Below are positions 39,172 to 50,558 of a stretch of 64,000 nucleotides of DNA, piece by piece. Origin of the DNA: the human T2T-CHM13v2.0 reference genome, Homo sapiens. The notes beneath the pieces were generated by a model. That model had not been told where the DNA came from. It saw only the letters and a list, made by a program, of their open reading frames with translations, and made no database searches. Each line of letters opens with the position of its first letter. The first letter of the stretch is position 1. A program made the translations under genes and the position numbers. The stretch lies in NCBI RefSeq assembly GCF_009914755.1, contig NC_060940.1. One strand, written 5' to 3'.

Positions 39172-40592
39172 GGAAAGCTTTTAAATTTTAAATCTCTTTT
39201 GTGGTGCAGGTCTAATAGGTTCCAGGGCTTGTGGAGGTAGGGCTAGAGTTTGCACCTAGGTGTCACTGAAGCAGGTACCTGAGGCAGGTGAGGGGCTGGG
39301 AGCCTGCCTTCCGCTCTTGGAGGCACAGTTTAGCTTGGCAGGGGCCTCAGGGTGTGAGCAAACGCGCACCAGGCACCAGCATCCTGTTGCCTTGGCACAA
39401 AGCACAGTCCGTGGTAAGGAGCACCGCGTGCAGCATCCCCAGGGCAGGTGTCCTGCTCTGGGAGGTGCCTCCGTAGGCCTGGCCCTGGCACCTACCTAGC
39501 TCCTTCCAGGCAAATGGGAGTGGAGGGTGGGAAGGAGGTCCAGGGAAAGAGAGCTGTGCCCAGGAAGGGCTCGCACTATCTGGGGGCGCGGGGCTGTGGG
39601 TAGGGCGCTGCTTAGGAAGAGAGAGGAGGAGGAGCAGGCCTGGAGGGAAATGGAGGGAGGCCAGCCTTAGCCCCAGTGCTGGGAAATTAGGAGTCAAGCG
39701 ACAAACCTCGTTAGCGAGGAGCGCGCCGGCTGCAGGAGAGCAATTCCCACCCTTAAACTCGGAGGCCGTGCTCCGGATTACTAATTTCCGGGGGCCGGGC
39801 GCACTGACAGTGAGTGTCATCCATCTCCCCCTTGCCAGCCCGCCTGGTGGCCGCCAGCGTTTCCCGGCCAGGACTCACAGAGCGGCTCGCTGCTGCCCCC
39901 CGGCGGTTGCCGGGGTGTCCGGCAGCGCCTCGCTCCCCTAGGCCTACTGGGTTGGGAAGGGGAGTGACTTCCAGGTGTGAGCAGTTTGGGGCGCAGCTTG
40001 CATGTCACCTGTGTGCACATGATCTTGAGCAACTCAGGGCCTCAACTTCCTCATCTGTGAAACGGGACCAGACCACCCATCTCGCAATCCAGGGGAGCTA
40101 GATGTATACGCCGGAGGGATTGGCCGGCTCTAAAAAGCCGAGTGATGCACCTCCCAGTGGCCACTCCACACGTTTTTGTGGTTGGCCGTCGTGGTCCTGC
40201 TCAAACAGGTGGAGAAACCTAACCCCACCTTCACCCCTGGCCCAAGGGCCTCTCCAAGGAAGAAGGGAGTAGGTGGTGGCACCGTGTCCGGGTGAGAGAC
40301 CTGGAGGTGGGGCCTAGGTGTCTACCCGGCCAGGTGCGAGAGGTTCATTTGCATGCTGTTCCCCTCCCCCCGCAGCTTGTAATCCAGGTGGGAAAGGGGT
40401 TGGGCCAGTCCCGGAGGTGAATTTTGTTTTTAAGGCTCGGGGCCAGTCGTCGTCCATTCCTTCCTAACACCTCCCTATCCTCCCCTCCCCCCGCCCGTGA
40501 CTCCCAGTGGGGGTGGAGGCGCCCCTCCCCCTCCCCCTCCCCCTCCCAGCCCTGGCCGCCTGGGGCCGGGTGAATCCGCCGGCCAGTGCGGG

Positions 40593-40679
40593 TATAAATT
40601 ACCCGGGCCCGCGCGGCCGAGCCACCGTGTGGTGCGTAAATTATAGCGTCCGGCCAAGGCCGCAAGGGGGGCGCCGCCG
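40593..40679 (+). promoter_or_regulatory. GSE1: TATA box plus probable short non-coding alternative first exon of GSE1
   Basis: TATAAAT at 40593-40599; donor CCG|GTGAGC at 40680 (second candidate CAG|GTAGGA at 40747); no ATG in the exon; octamer ATTTGCAT at 40347-40354; I recall a GSE1 variant starting ~2 kb upstream of the main exon 1. Confidence 0.6.
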
Positions 40680-41450
40680 GTGAGCTGGCGGGTCGTGCGG
40701 GGAAGCAGCACCCCCGCGCCGTGCCAGGGCCGGCCAGCGTCCGCAGGTAGGAGCCAGTAACGGCCCGACCCGGCCTCGCCGGTCCGTTTCCCTTTTCGTT
40801 TGTGGTCTGCCCGGAGCCTTGTGCAAGGCGGGGGGCCGGCCCGCGTGCGCCCCCACCTCCGGGCCCCGGCGCGCGCTCGGTCGGAGGTCGAGCGGGGAGC
40901 GTGGGGCCTGAGGGAGCCCGCCAGACCCTGCCCCCCGGAGGGCACACAGGCTGGTTCTGCTCCCCGCTGGCGCGGGCCCCGAACGCTCTAGGCCCGCCAG
41001 CGTCATCGGGAACAGATGGATGGGGGGTGGCAGGCGCCCAGCGCTCGCTCCCGTCGCAATCCGGGCTGGCGCGGGGAGGGGGAGGGAGGAAGGCGGGGGA
41101 GGCGGGCTCGCGGGGACGGCAGCGTGCGCGCCTGCCAAGCCTGGCGCGGGCATGTCCCGGGGCAGGTTTGGGGCTGGCACGAGGGGGCTGAAAGTCGAAA
41201 CCCGCACCGCAGCGCAGCGCTGGGGCGGCCGCCCAGGGGGTGCTGGTTTGCCCCAGGGCTCAGAAGTAGGGACGCGCTAGATCAGAGGGGTGTTGGAAGA
41301 GGATGAGGAGGGAGCGACCCCGGGGCCTCAGAGCCGCCCGGGGGGGTTACAGCCCAGGGCGCCAGAAGGCGGCAGGGGAGGCTCGCCGACCCCTGCCCCC
41401 GAGGCCCGCCCCTTTAACCCCGAGCTTCCTGGGGACGCGCCCGCCGCGAT

Positions 41451-41501
41451 GGGGTGGGGGCGGGGCGGGGCGGGGCGGGGTGGGCGGAGCCGGGGGGTGG
41501 G
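41451..41501 (+). promoter_or_regulatory. Tandem GC boxes (SP/KLF) / G-quadruplex-forming tract
   Basis: GGGGTGGGGGCGGGGCGGGGCGGGGCGGGGTGGGCGG. Confidence 0.7.
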
Positions 41502-42312
41502 AAGGCTGGGGCCTTCAGTCCCTCTCCGCGCCGCCTGTGGGTGCCCAGGAATTTCAGGACGCTCCCTGAGTCATTCCAGTCAAGTGCCTGGGTGAGGTAG
41601 GGTGGGGGGTGCCAGGAATGGGGAGGCGCTGCGCTGGGGCCAGAAGCGCAATGGGTCGTGCCAGTTTCTGGAGGCGGGCGACCTCGCCTCTGACCGCAAC
41701 CCCAGCTACTTAATGATCCCCCTGGCGAAGCGGCGCCTCCGTGGGTTCTCCAGCCCCTGGGCCGCGGGTTCTTTAAAGAACACCCCCCGCAGCGGCCCGC
41801 AATTGTGGCCTTCCCAAAAGTTACTTAAAACTGGGGGGTGGGGTGCCTTATGGAATTTTGAGGCCAAGTTCTTAGTATTCAGCCTTTTCTAGTTGGGGTA
41901 ATAAGGTCAGGCATGGGGGGGGTGGGGCTTGGGTACACAGTCTGTTTTGTGTCGCCTCCCCCCACCCCACGCGCCACCAGCGCCCAGAAAGTTGTTCTCC
42001 AAAAGGCCTCCAGGACACGGAGTTACCCGTCCGCCCATTATTGGGCCTGCTCTGTGTCAGGCACTGTTCTAGGTTCCCGGGACGCAGCTGCGAGACAGGG
42101 CTCCGCTCACGTGGCGAGGGTGCTGCACTACTTTAAGAGTTAAGTGGCCGGTCTTAGCCACCAAGGTCCCCGGGACCCCCGAGCAGTCCAGCCAGGGGCT
42201 CCCGAGAGTGTGGGGGTGGCACCTCCGCGGCCCCGCTGGTGTCCCCGGCTCACCTGGCCGGCCGGGCCGGGGAGGGGCGTGTGCCTGGGCGGGTGGATCC
42301 GGGCGCCCGTCG

Positions 42313-42328
42313 GTGCGCGCGCGCGCGC
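42313..42328. promoter_or_regulatory. GT(GC)7 alternating purine-pyrimidine tract (Z-DNA prone)
   Basis: GTGCGCGCGCGCGCGC ~280 bp upstream of the GSE1 ATG. Confidence 0.7.
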
Positions 42329-42571
42329 CTGTGTGTTTGCGGCTGAAACCCGACACCTCCCGCTGGCTGAGGTCAGGGAGCCGGGAGCGAGCCAGTGGCC
42401 CGGGAGTGGGCGGCGTTGCGTTTGGGTGTGTCCTCGGCGGCGACAGCAGCAGGTGTTTCTTGGCCGGGGCCCCGGAAGCTCCACCTCCCCAGCGGGCCCG
42501 AGCTGCCGCCGCCGAGCAGCCCCGGGTGAGATAAGCAGTTTAGACAAACACTGGGCGACGGTGGCTCCAGC

Positions 42572-42610
42572 ATGTATCAGCCGAGGTGGAGCTGCGGGGC
42601 CCTGGCATGA
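42572..42610 (+). other. Upstream ORF in GSE1 exon 1 5'UTR (MYQPRWSCGALA*), stop overlapping the main ATG
   Basis: agcATG at 42572, 12 codons, TGA at 42608-42610 overlaps ATG 42607-42609; assumes the TSS lies upstream of 42572. Confidence 0.75.
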
Positions 42611-42613
42611 AAG
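42607..42613 (+). CDS. GSE1: GSE1 exon 1 coding part (Met-Lys + first base of Gly), followed by 5' splice site
   Basis: ggcATGAAAG|GTGAGC at 42604-42619 in a CpG island; phase-1 donor joins exon 2 (G+GC=Gly) to give MKGMSHEPK..., matching the GSE1 N-terminus as recalled. Confidence 0.9.
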
Positions 42614-44201
42614 GTGAGCGCGCCGCACCCGGCCGGGGACGGGGTCCTCCCCCCTCCCCCCACCGCACTGTCCTCCTGCAAGTTCGCGGGTTTCGCGGGG
42701 GCGGCCGCCAACGGCTCCCGGGCAACTTCCCCGGAGTGTTAGCGGCGATAAGAGCCGGGAGGGCGGGCAGGCGACCAAAGGCCACCCCCTTCCTCCGCCC
42801 GCGGGTCGCAGCCTGGGAGGCCTGGCTGCGGGCGGGGACTCGGGGGCTCCGGGCTCAGGAGTGCGCTCAGCGGGGGATGGGGGGGGTGCGTTTAAGTGCG
42901 TGCGGGCTAGAGGGCAGGTAAAGTGGGGGGATGGGGGTGGCGGGGGGAGTCTCCGAGAGCTGCGGGCGCTGGAGAGCTGGAATGAAAACTTTGCGGCGAC
43001 GCGGGAGGGAGCGAATGGGGGTGGCTGTGCGCCCCCGCGGCAGGTGCTGGCGACGGCCGAGGAAGCGGGGGTGTGGGGGGGGGGGGTGCTCGCTACTGGG
43101 GCCGCGCCGGTTAGGGTTCTTGTCTTGCTCCCCTCCCCCTCCCCGACCCCTTGTCTCGGGGGAGTTGGTCGGGAGGGCGGGACCGCAGCCTGCCGGGTTT
43201 GTGACCCCCACGCCCTGCTTCCCGAGGAAGGGCGCGCCCCGGGCTCGGCCGCTTCTCTCCTCTCTCTCCCCCCACCCCCGGCGGAGCGGCTCCCTGCCCC
43301 TCCCCTCCCCCCCGCAGAAGATGGCTGCCCCAGCCTCGGAGGTGGGAGAGGGATTGCACATCCGCCGCCCCCCACCCGCACTGGCCTTTTTCCCTCCCCG
43401 GCCCTTCCTGCTCCGCCTGGATGCGCCTCCCCGCCCCCAGCCCTCCCGGGCCCTGCGGCCGCGCTGATGGGCGGCGAGTGGCCCGACCGAGTGGAGCCGA
43501 TTCAATTATATTGCAGCACCAGAGACACCTCCTCGGCCGCCCGCCCGCCTCTCTAGCAGGCTAATTAAATTCCCTTCATGGAGGCGGAGCGGGAGTGGAG
43601 CTCACCCTCCCTGCGCCCGCCCACCCCCAGCTTTCCGCCTCCCCTCCCCAGCGCCGGGTGGGGGACCAGGGGGGCACTTAGAAATGTGCGGTGGAGACTC
43701 GAGGCGCAGGCCATAGGGAGGGGGTTCCCAGATGGGGGGAAGGGACACCGCGACACCCTCATTAGATGGGGGAGTGGAGGCTGCGCCCTTTCCACGTGGT
43801 GGGCCGGGGGCCTGGCCGCAGTGCCCGTCTGAGTTCCGAGGGCAGCGTGCTGGCGGTGGGGGAGCACCTGCCGGGTTCCCAGCTGGGCGGTGGATGCCAG
43901 CCGGAGTTGAGTCGGTTTGGCTCTTACAAACTAGCCTTTGTACAAAGTGCGTTTAAAACACACTAAACCCTTGCTCCCCGCTGCGGTGCCTTATCTGGGG
44001 CCTGAGGGGTAGCGGCCACACAGGTTGGGGTTTGGAAACAAAAAGCGGGGCCACCAAATGGAAAGAGGGCTCCTTTTGTAAAAGGCGCCTGAACAAAAGG
44101 CCCAGCCGCACTCCGGGTGGAAGCGAACCCGCCTAAGCCGATTTCCAGGCGGCGGGGGACAAAGGGGCAGAGAGAAGGTCTTGGTGGGGGCGTTGTGAAA
44201 T

Positions 44202-44215
44202 GTGCCCCCTGGTCG
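44202..44215 (-). promoter_or_regulatory. CTCF-like motif at the downstream edge of the CpG island
   Basis: Reverse complement CGACCAGGGGGCAC, one mismatch to the degenerate core. Confidence 0.45.
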
Positions 44216-46681
44216 GCCGTCTCGTCCTCTCCTCTGGGATTCCGTGCTCCCGCCTCCCGGCAGGGGTGGAAGGGGGAACCCAGGTGAGCAGCCTTCCCTG
44301 GCCTCCCTCGGTGTTGCTTAAGCTTGGGGCACTTCAGTGTTGCTCACCCTGTGTTTACGGCCGCCTCCACCAGCAGGGACGGCAGAACCTGAGGCACAGG
44401 CTGTGCCTGACTCAGCCGCCACGCCACAGGTGAGGGGCCCAGGGCGCAGGCTCCGACGGCGAAGTGTGTCATCCCGGCCGCCGGCTGTGCAGGGAGTCGC
44501 CCCGCCCAGGTAGATTCAGGAGCGCTGGAAGAGGCCCTGGCCTGCGAGAGCAGCGACCTCGGTGCTTCCTAAGAGACTTTCCGAGACAGCCAGCCCCGTG
44601 TCGGCAGCGTTCCTGATCTCCTGCGGGCCGGGTGCGAGGATGGCTTTTGTCACTCTGGCAGCAGACACCAAAGTCAGGAGGGGAAGCTGGGGAAGCTGGA
44701 GCCAACCACGGTTTTGACGCTTGGAGTTTTCTTTCCTGGAGCCTTGGGGGCGGTGCCGGGCCAGAGCTGGTGAGAGCCCGCCAGGAGCCTCCGGTGACCT
44801 AGGGTCAGCCCTGCCTTGGGAAGGGAGGTCGGGAAGTCCTAGTTCTAGGCACAGTGAGGCTGAGCTCAAAACAAGGAAGGCAACAAGGTGTCCACTGTGG
44901 CGCAGGCTCTGAGCTGTTTGGGACAGTTTTTAGGATCTTGGAGTGTCAGAGTTCAAAGGGGCTTGTACATCTCCAAACTCGGTGTTTTAAAACTGCTGCT
45001 GGCCAGGCCTTTCCAAGCCCAGTTAAGCCACAGCCTCTGGGTTCCTGACCCGGGTCTGGGGGTTGTCAGAGCTCCCCAGCTGATCCTAACGTACACACTG
45101 GGGGTAGGAACAAGGGGCAAACTGAGGCTTGGGGCCAGGCGTGGGGCGGACACCGCGCTCACAGCAGGAAGCCTCCTCCGATGGCCCCGATGAGCCCTCC
45201 CCTCCAGCAGTCACTTCCCTGTCTCTGGGGGAAGTTCAGGGGCTGCAGATCTGAGTGCCTTGTGGTTTCAGAGCAGAAGCCAAGCCTGCCTGTGGGCTCA
45301 GCATCGCCGGCCCCAGGAAGAGCCAAGTCTGCACAGCGCCACTCTGTGGCAGACCGGGGTCCTGCACCTCTGAGCTAGAGATTCCCCCCTTCCAACCCCT
45401 GGAGTCCCAAATTCCCCTTGAGCCCCTGGAGCAGGTACTGTCTGTCCTCCCCTGCTCTGAAGGAGGCGGACTGGGGGGCCTTTGGGCTCGGAGCCCCGAG
45501 CTGAGGGGCAGGAGCTGGTGCCTCCCACTTTTCTGGAAGAGTGCGGATAAGCTAGAGGGCTGGCTGCTACCTTTTCCCTGCCTCCAGGAGCTCGCAGGGG
45601 CTTGTGGAGTCGGCTAGCAGGGCCGGTTTTTCCTGGCCCCATTTGAAGCCTTGGAATTCCCAGCCTGGGTTACTCGAAGTCCAAGGATCAAACCCTGGGA
45701 TCGGGCCAGGGTTGGATGGGGACCCTCTCTGGGTAGCCTGTGAATTGTCTCTGTTGTGGCAACAGCAGGGTCCTCTGAAACCACAGGGCTTCCCCTCCCT
45801 TTCCTGGTGTGCCGGGAGAGCTGTTTTTTTAACCTGCAGAGATCCATGTTGCAGGTGACATTTCAGCTTGGTGGCTGTGCCGAAGCCTGGCCGCCTGGCT
45901 TTAATTCCTCCCCCAGTGGAGTCTCAGATCTCGGTGGCCTCACCGAGTGCGGTGTGGGACGCCGTGCTGCTGGCTTCACTTCCGCATGCTGGCCTTTCTC
46001 CCCCGGCTGAGGCCACAGCCTGGGAGGTGACGTTTCGGAGTGTCGCTGTCAATGAGAATTTATTGAGCTCCTCCTCTGAATCCAGCCGTGTGCTTGCTGC
46101 TGGGAGGTGTACAGACAGATAAAACAGGAGCGTGGCCAAAAGCAGCCCTTTGCATGCCTGCCAAACGCACACTCGGGGGCCTTTTAATCTTGCTTCTGCA
46201 GCTCTGATTCCCCACCAGCCTCTTCTCTCACGCCCTCAGCTCCAGCCAGACGAAACCACACGCCATTCTCGCCACTCCTGCGTTTGGCCACGTCCCTGTC
46301 CTAGCATGGGCCATCCCGTCTGCCTGGGATTCTCCCGTCTGCTCCAAAGCCCACCTGTCACTGAGGCCAGTCCACCTGCCCCTCCTAACCTGATGCCTCC
46401 CTCGCATCCATACTCCCATGCCCACCCCGTGTCTGGAATCAGAAGTTCAGAGGGGAAGTGAGAGCTGCCCCCGGGAGGCTGGGGCGGAGTCCAGGCCTGG
46501 AGGAAGGAGCTGTAGATGAGGGCAGGGCTGGTGCTGGAGAGGGCCTCTGGTTTACCTTCACCTGCACCTACCAGTCATCTGTGGAAAGAAGGGGTTGGGC
46601 TGCACTTGAGGCTTTTGTGGGTCCTTGTGACTTGGGGGTTTCTAGGGAGGCAGGTGGAGGAAGTGGGGAGCCTCCAGCTCG

Positions 46682-46862
46682 GGGGTCTCTCCTGGCTGCA
46701 CTTTTGAATCACCTGGGGAGCTTTAAAAGCTCCCAGTGTCCAGGCTGTACTGCCAGGCAGTTCAGGCCAAATCTCGGAGGGATGCAGCCTGGGCATCCGT
46801 GTGTCAACCCTCCCCCCCCCCCCCCCGTTAACTGCCACGTGCAGCCCAAGCTGAGACCCTGG
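46682..46862. mobile_element. MER5-type DNA transposon containing a long C run
   Basis: GGCTGCACTTTTGAATCACCTGGGGAGCTTTAAAA...GTGCAGCCCAAGCTGAGA. Confidence 0.7.
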
Positions 46863-47881
46863 CTCTGCTTTCTTCCAGAGCAGCTTCCTAGTCACCTAGG
46901 GGCCAGGGTGGGAGCTTTTCAATGCTTGGCCCCCCTAATCCAGAAGGGCCTTCTGCTGGGGGGAGCAATGTGGGTAGGAATTCCTTCTCCTGGGAAGATG
47001 GGCTGATGCTGTTTCAGGAGACCTGGGGTCTCTCTTCCCACCTGGGAAGCCAGAGACCGCCTTGCTTGCCCCGGAATTGGATGGAGAACCCTGGTGACTC
47101 AGAAATGGACGTCTCCCCTCTACGCCACCTCCCCCGCAGGACGGCGTGGCACCTGTCACCTGGCTGCTCTCTGGATGTCTGTGGGCCTTGTGTTAACCCC
47201 AGGCAGAATCCTGAAGGTCATTCTTGCCTGGCCCAGGTGTGCTTTGAGCTCTTCTAAAGGGGCTTACAAATGCAGAGTCCCACTGGCATGGGTGGATTCG
47301 TGTTCACCTGCATCTCTAGCCAGGCCTTCCAATTCTGGAACCGGTTCCTCCAGCTGGAGGACTTGACGTGTCTGAGGAGGTGTGTGTAATAGTGGCTTTG
47401 GGATCACTGGACTGAGGTGGCGTGAGGGGGGTGCGTGCTAATGGTGACATAGATCCTTCCACTTTAATCATCACGTCCTCACCCCCACCCCCATGTTCTC
47501 ATCTGTAAGACGAGGATGCAGAGGCCCTCTGGCAGTTGAGGGTGAGGATGAGATGCTGTAATGCCCGCCACATGCCCCTGACGGGTAAATGACAGATGCG
47601 GGTGAGGGTTGAGAAGGCCTGGAGCGTGGGGTGAGCCCCTGATGAGTGTCAGCTGTTACTGTGTCGATCAGTGCATCTGACTGTTCGTATCTGCCTCTTG
47701 CTTAGCCTGTGTGACCTCAGGCACTTGTGTTCTGGGCCTCAGTCTTCTAATCTGTGGAATAGGAATGACAATGTCACCTGTATCCTGAGGCTGTTGAGGG
47801 TTAAAGCCTTTATTACCAAGTGCCCAGTACAGCACCTGACACAGGCTCTGCAAAGCCTTGCGGCTACTCCTGTTGCTGTTG

Positions 47882-48178
47882 TTTTAATTAGAGACAGGGT
47901 CTTGCTCTGCTGCCTAGGCTGGGGCGCAGTGGTGCGATCACAGCTCACCACAGCCTCAAACTCCTGCGCTCAAGTGATCCTGCTGCCGCAGCCTCCTGAG
48001 AAGTTGGAACCACTGATGCGTGCCGCGACACCTGGCTAATTTTAAAGAAATTTTTTTGTGGAGACAGGGTCTCTCACTGTGTTGCCCAGGGTGGTCTCAA
48101 ACTCCTGATCTTGGGTGATCCTTCCGTCTCAGCCTCCCAAAGCACTGGAGTTACAGGCATGAGCCACTGTGTCCAGCT
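47882..48178 (-). mobile_element. AluJ (MIR fragments immediately upstream, ~47490-47835)
   Basis: GAGACAGGGTCTTGCTCTG..GATCACAGCTCAC..TTACAGGCATGAGCCACTG. Confidence 0.88.
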
Positions 48179-49229
48179 TGGCTTTAATTTATAAAGTTCC
48201 AAGGCTCTGTTCCCCTACGCTCAACTGACTCCCTTGCGGTGTTGGGGGTGGCCCCTTTTCCCAAAAAGACTGGAGTTGCTTTTTCTGCCCTAAGGCTCAA
48301 GTCACCACAGCAGACCCTGCCGGCCCCTCTGCTGGGCTTTAACAACCGGAGGTTCTTTTTAGGAGCCTCAACGTCCCCTCGGGCTCACATGCACACCACT
48401 GCCCCCTTGGTGATTGGCACTCTGGGCCCAGGTGGCGGGAGATGCTTTAACAAACTGTCCCTCCCCCAGCCCTGCCCTTCCTGCGCTCGGATGGTGGGTC
48501 TGTGGCCACAGGCAGCAATGAAGGGTATCGACCGCCCAGCTTTTGGTTGAGCAGTATTGATGTTGGACAGGTTAAGCCGTCCCGAAGGAAAATCTATATG
48601 TCAAGCTGAGCACAAGACAGCTTGCGAGTGGAGGCGGGAGGGGGGTGGGGCGCAGCCTTAAGGGCCACTTCTAGGCTAACCCTGAGTCTTATCTTCTGGG
48701 TTGGGGGGCAAAGCCCGGGGGTGCCAAGCGATGCCCCACAGCCCCAGACGGGCCTGGAGGGACGGCAGGCGCTCTTACGTGGTGTGATCTGTGGGCAGAT
48801 GGTGTGCCGGCCAGGTCTTGATCCCACTTAAGGAGTTGTCTCTGGGATTTAGTAACCAGATGGGAAAGACTGTATTTCTGTATCCAGAGGTGCTGTGGCT
48901 GCCCCAGCCTATGAGGGTCACGCCGTGGGCTGTGCGTCAGGCGTGGTGGGGGGACGTTTTCACCCCAACGTGCTCCTCCTCCCCAGGGAGGGACTGACTT
49001 GCTAGGCAGGGATTATCCCCATTTAGCCATGCACCAGGGAAGAAAGGGGCCCCGGGGATCCATATCCTCCCTGTAGTCACACAGCTGGTAATTAATTGGT
49101 AGAGGAGCAGAAACCCACACCATGATTTTCCCACTCCAGCCTCCTCACCCAACTCCCACCCGCTCTCCCTTAGAGCCTGGAGAGAGGTCACCGGCTGCTT
49201 CGGAAGGCCCTGTTTAACCTGGGCTGCTT

Positions 49230-49520
49230 ATGGGGTGCGGTGGCTCAAGCCTGTAATCCCAGCACTCCAGGAGGCCGAGGCAGGTGGATTGCTTGAGCTC
49301 TGCAGTTTAAGACCTCCTCTCTACAAAAAATAAAAATAAAAATAAAAAGAACTGGCCAGGCTTGGTGGGATGCGCCTGTGGTTCCAGCTACTCAGGAGGC
49401 TGGGCAGGGAGGATCACTTGAGCCCCGGAGCTCGAGGCTGCCTGCAATGAGCTGTGATCGCACCACTGCACCCCAGCCTGGGTGATAGAGCGGGACTCTT
49501 GTCTCAGCAAAAAAACAAAA
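49230..49520 (+). mobile_element. AluJ with internal left-arm deletion
   Basis: TSD TTAACCTGGGCTGCTT (49214) / TTAAACTGAGCTGCTT (49521). Confidence 0.88.
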
Positions 49521-49896
49521 TTAAACTGAGCTGCTTCACCCAGTCTCGGGATGTGAGTGGATTCTTCCAACTGAATTCCCAGTGTACATTTATCTTTGAG
49601 TGTATTTTTGTAATGTTTTTGCATTTGACATGTGGTATTTTTTCCATTCACTTAAATATACGAGGATCCACTAGACAGCCGATGCTATACTGGGTGTTGA
49701 AGACACAAAGTGGAATGCGGTTCAAGCAAAAATTCTCAGCCAGATGGGAGCATTGGAGAGACTTCCGCCTCCCAGAGGCTGCCGATCCACGCGGTCGTCT
49801 CTGCCGCCCGTCGGGAGGGTGCGGTTAGTCACCCCGTAACAGATAAGAAAACAGGGTTTCGGAATCAGCCCTTGTGGAATGCCTGGGCTGGCGCCC

Positions 49897-50558
49897 CACT
49901 CAGCCCTGCATCTCTGAGCTGTTGGGGAACCCGTTTAGATGGTCTCAGCCTTGGGTCTCTGCACTGTTCTCAGCCCTGGGTCTCTGCTCTGTTGAGGAAC
50001 CCGTTTAGAGGGTCTCAGCCCTGGGTCTCTGCTGTGTTGGGGAAGCCGTGTAGATGGTCTTGGCCATGGGTGTCTGCTGTGTTGGGGAACCCGTTTAGAG
50101 GGTCTCGGCCCTGGGTCTCTGCTCTGTTGGGGAAGCCGTGTAGATGGTCTCGGCCATGGGTGTCTGCTGTGTTGGGGAACCCGTGTAGATGGTCTCGGCC
50201 CGGGGTCTCTGCTGTGTTGGGGAATCCGTTTAGATGGTCTCAGCCCTGGGTCTCTGCTGTGTGGGGGAACCCATTTAGATGGTTTCAGCCCTGGATCTCT
50301 GCACTGTTGGGGAACCCGTGTAGATGGTCTTGGCCCTGGGTCTCTGCCCTGTTGGGGAACCCGTTTAGATGGTCTCGGCCCTGGATCTCTGCACTGTTGG
50401 GGAACCCGTGTAGATGGTCTTGGCCCTGGGTCTCTGCTGTGTTGGGGAACCCGTTTAGATGGTTTCGGCCCTGGGTCTGTGCTCTGTTGGGGAACCCGTT
50501 TAGATGGTCTTGGCCTTGGGTCTCTGCGGTGTTGGGGGAACCCGCTTAGATCGTCTCT
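49897..50558. repeat. 45-bp VNTR, 13 full units plus one deleted and two partial units
   Basis: Consensus GTTGGGGAACCCGTTTAGATGGTCTCGGCCCTGGGTCTCTGCTGT; unit starts at 49921, (49966 short), then every 45 bp from 49991 to 50531. Confidence 0.96.

Larger units (their letters stand above)
39700..44500. promoter_or_regulatory. CpG island / GSE1 promoter region
   Basis: Very high GC and CpG density (densest 40480-43900), GC boxes, contains exon 1; edges approximate. Confidence 0.9.

Noticed and set aside
40621-40679. GCCACC-GTG near-cognate start in the alternative exon
   Set aside because: Ends in phase 2 at the donor, out of frame with exon 2; read-through hits TGA immediately
42140-43556. 413-aa (-) and 231-aa (+) Pro/Gly/Arg-rich ORFs
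   Set aside because: Expected stop-codon depletion in a CpG island; no recognisable protein
49710-50549. 279-aa ORF with a 15-aa repeat (GNPFRWSRPWVSAVL)
   Set aside because: Open only because the 45-bp unit is a multiple of 3; starts at GTG, intronic, no recognisable family
49897-50558. CRISPR-like appearance of the arrays (also 6096-6286 and 24106-24282)
   Set aside because: Head-to-tail repeats without unique spacers, no cas genes, primate genome
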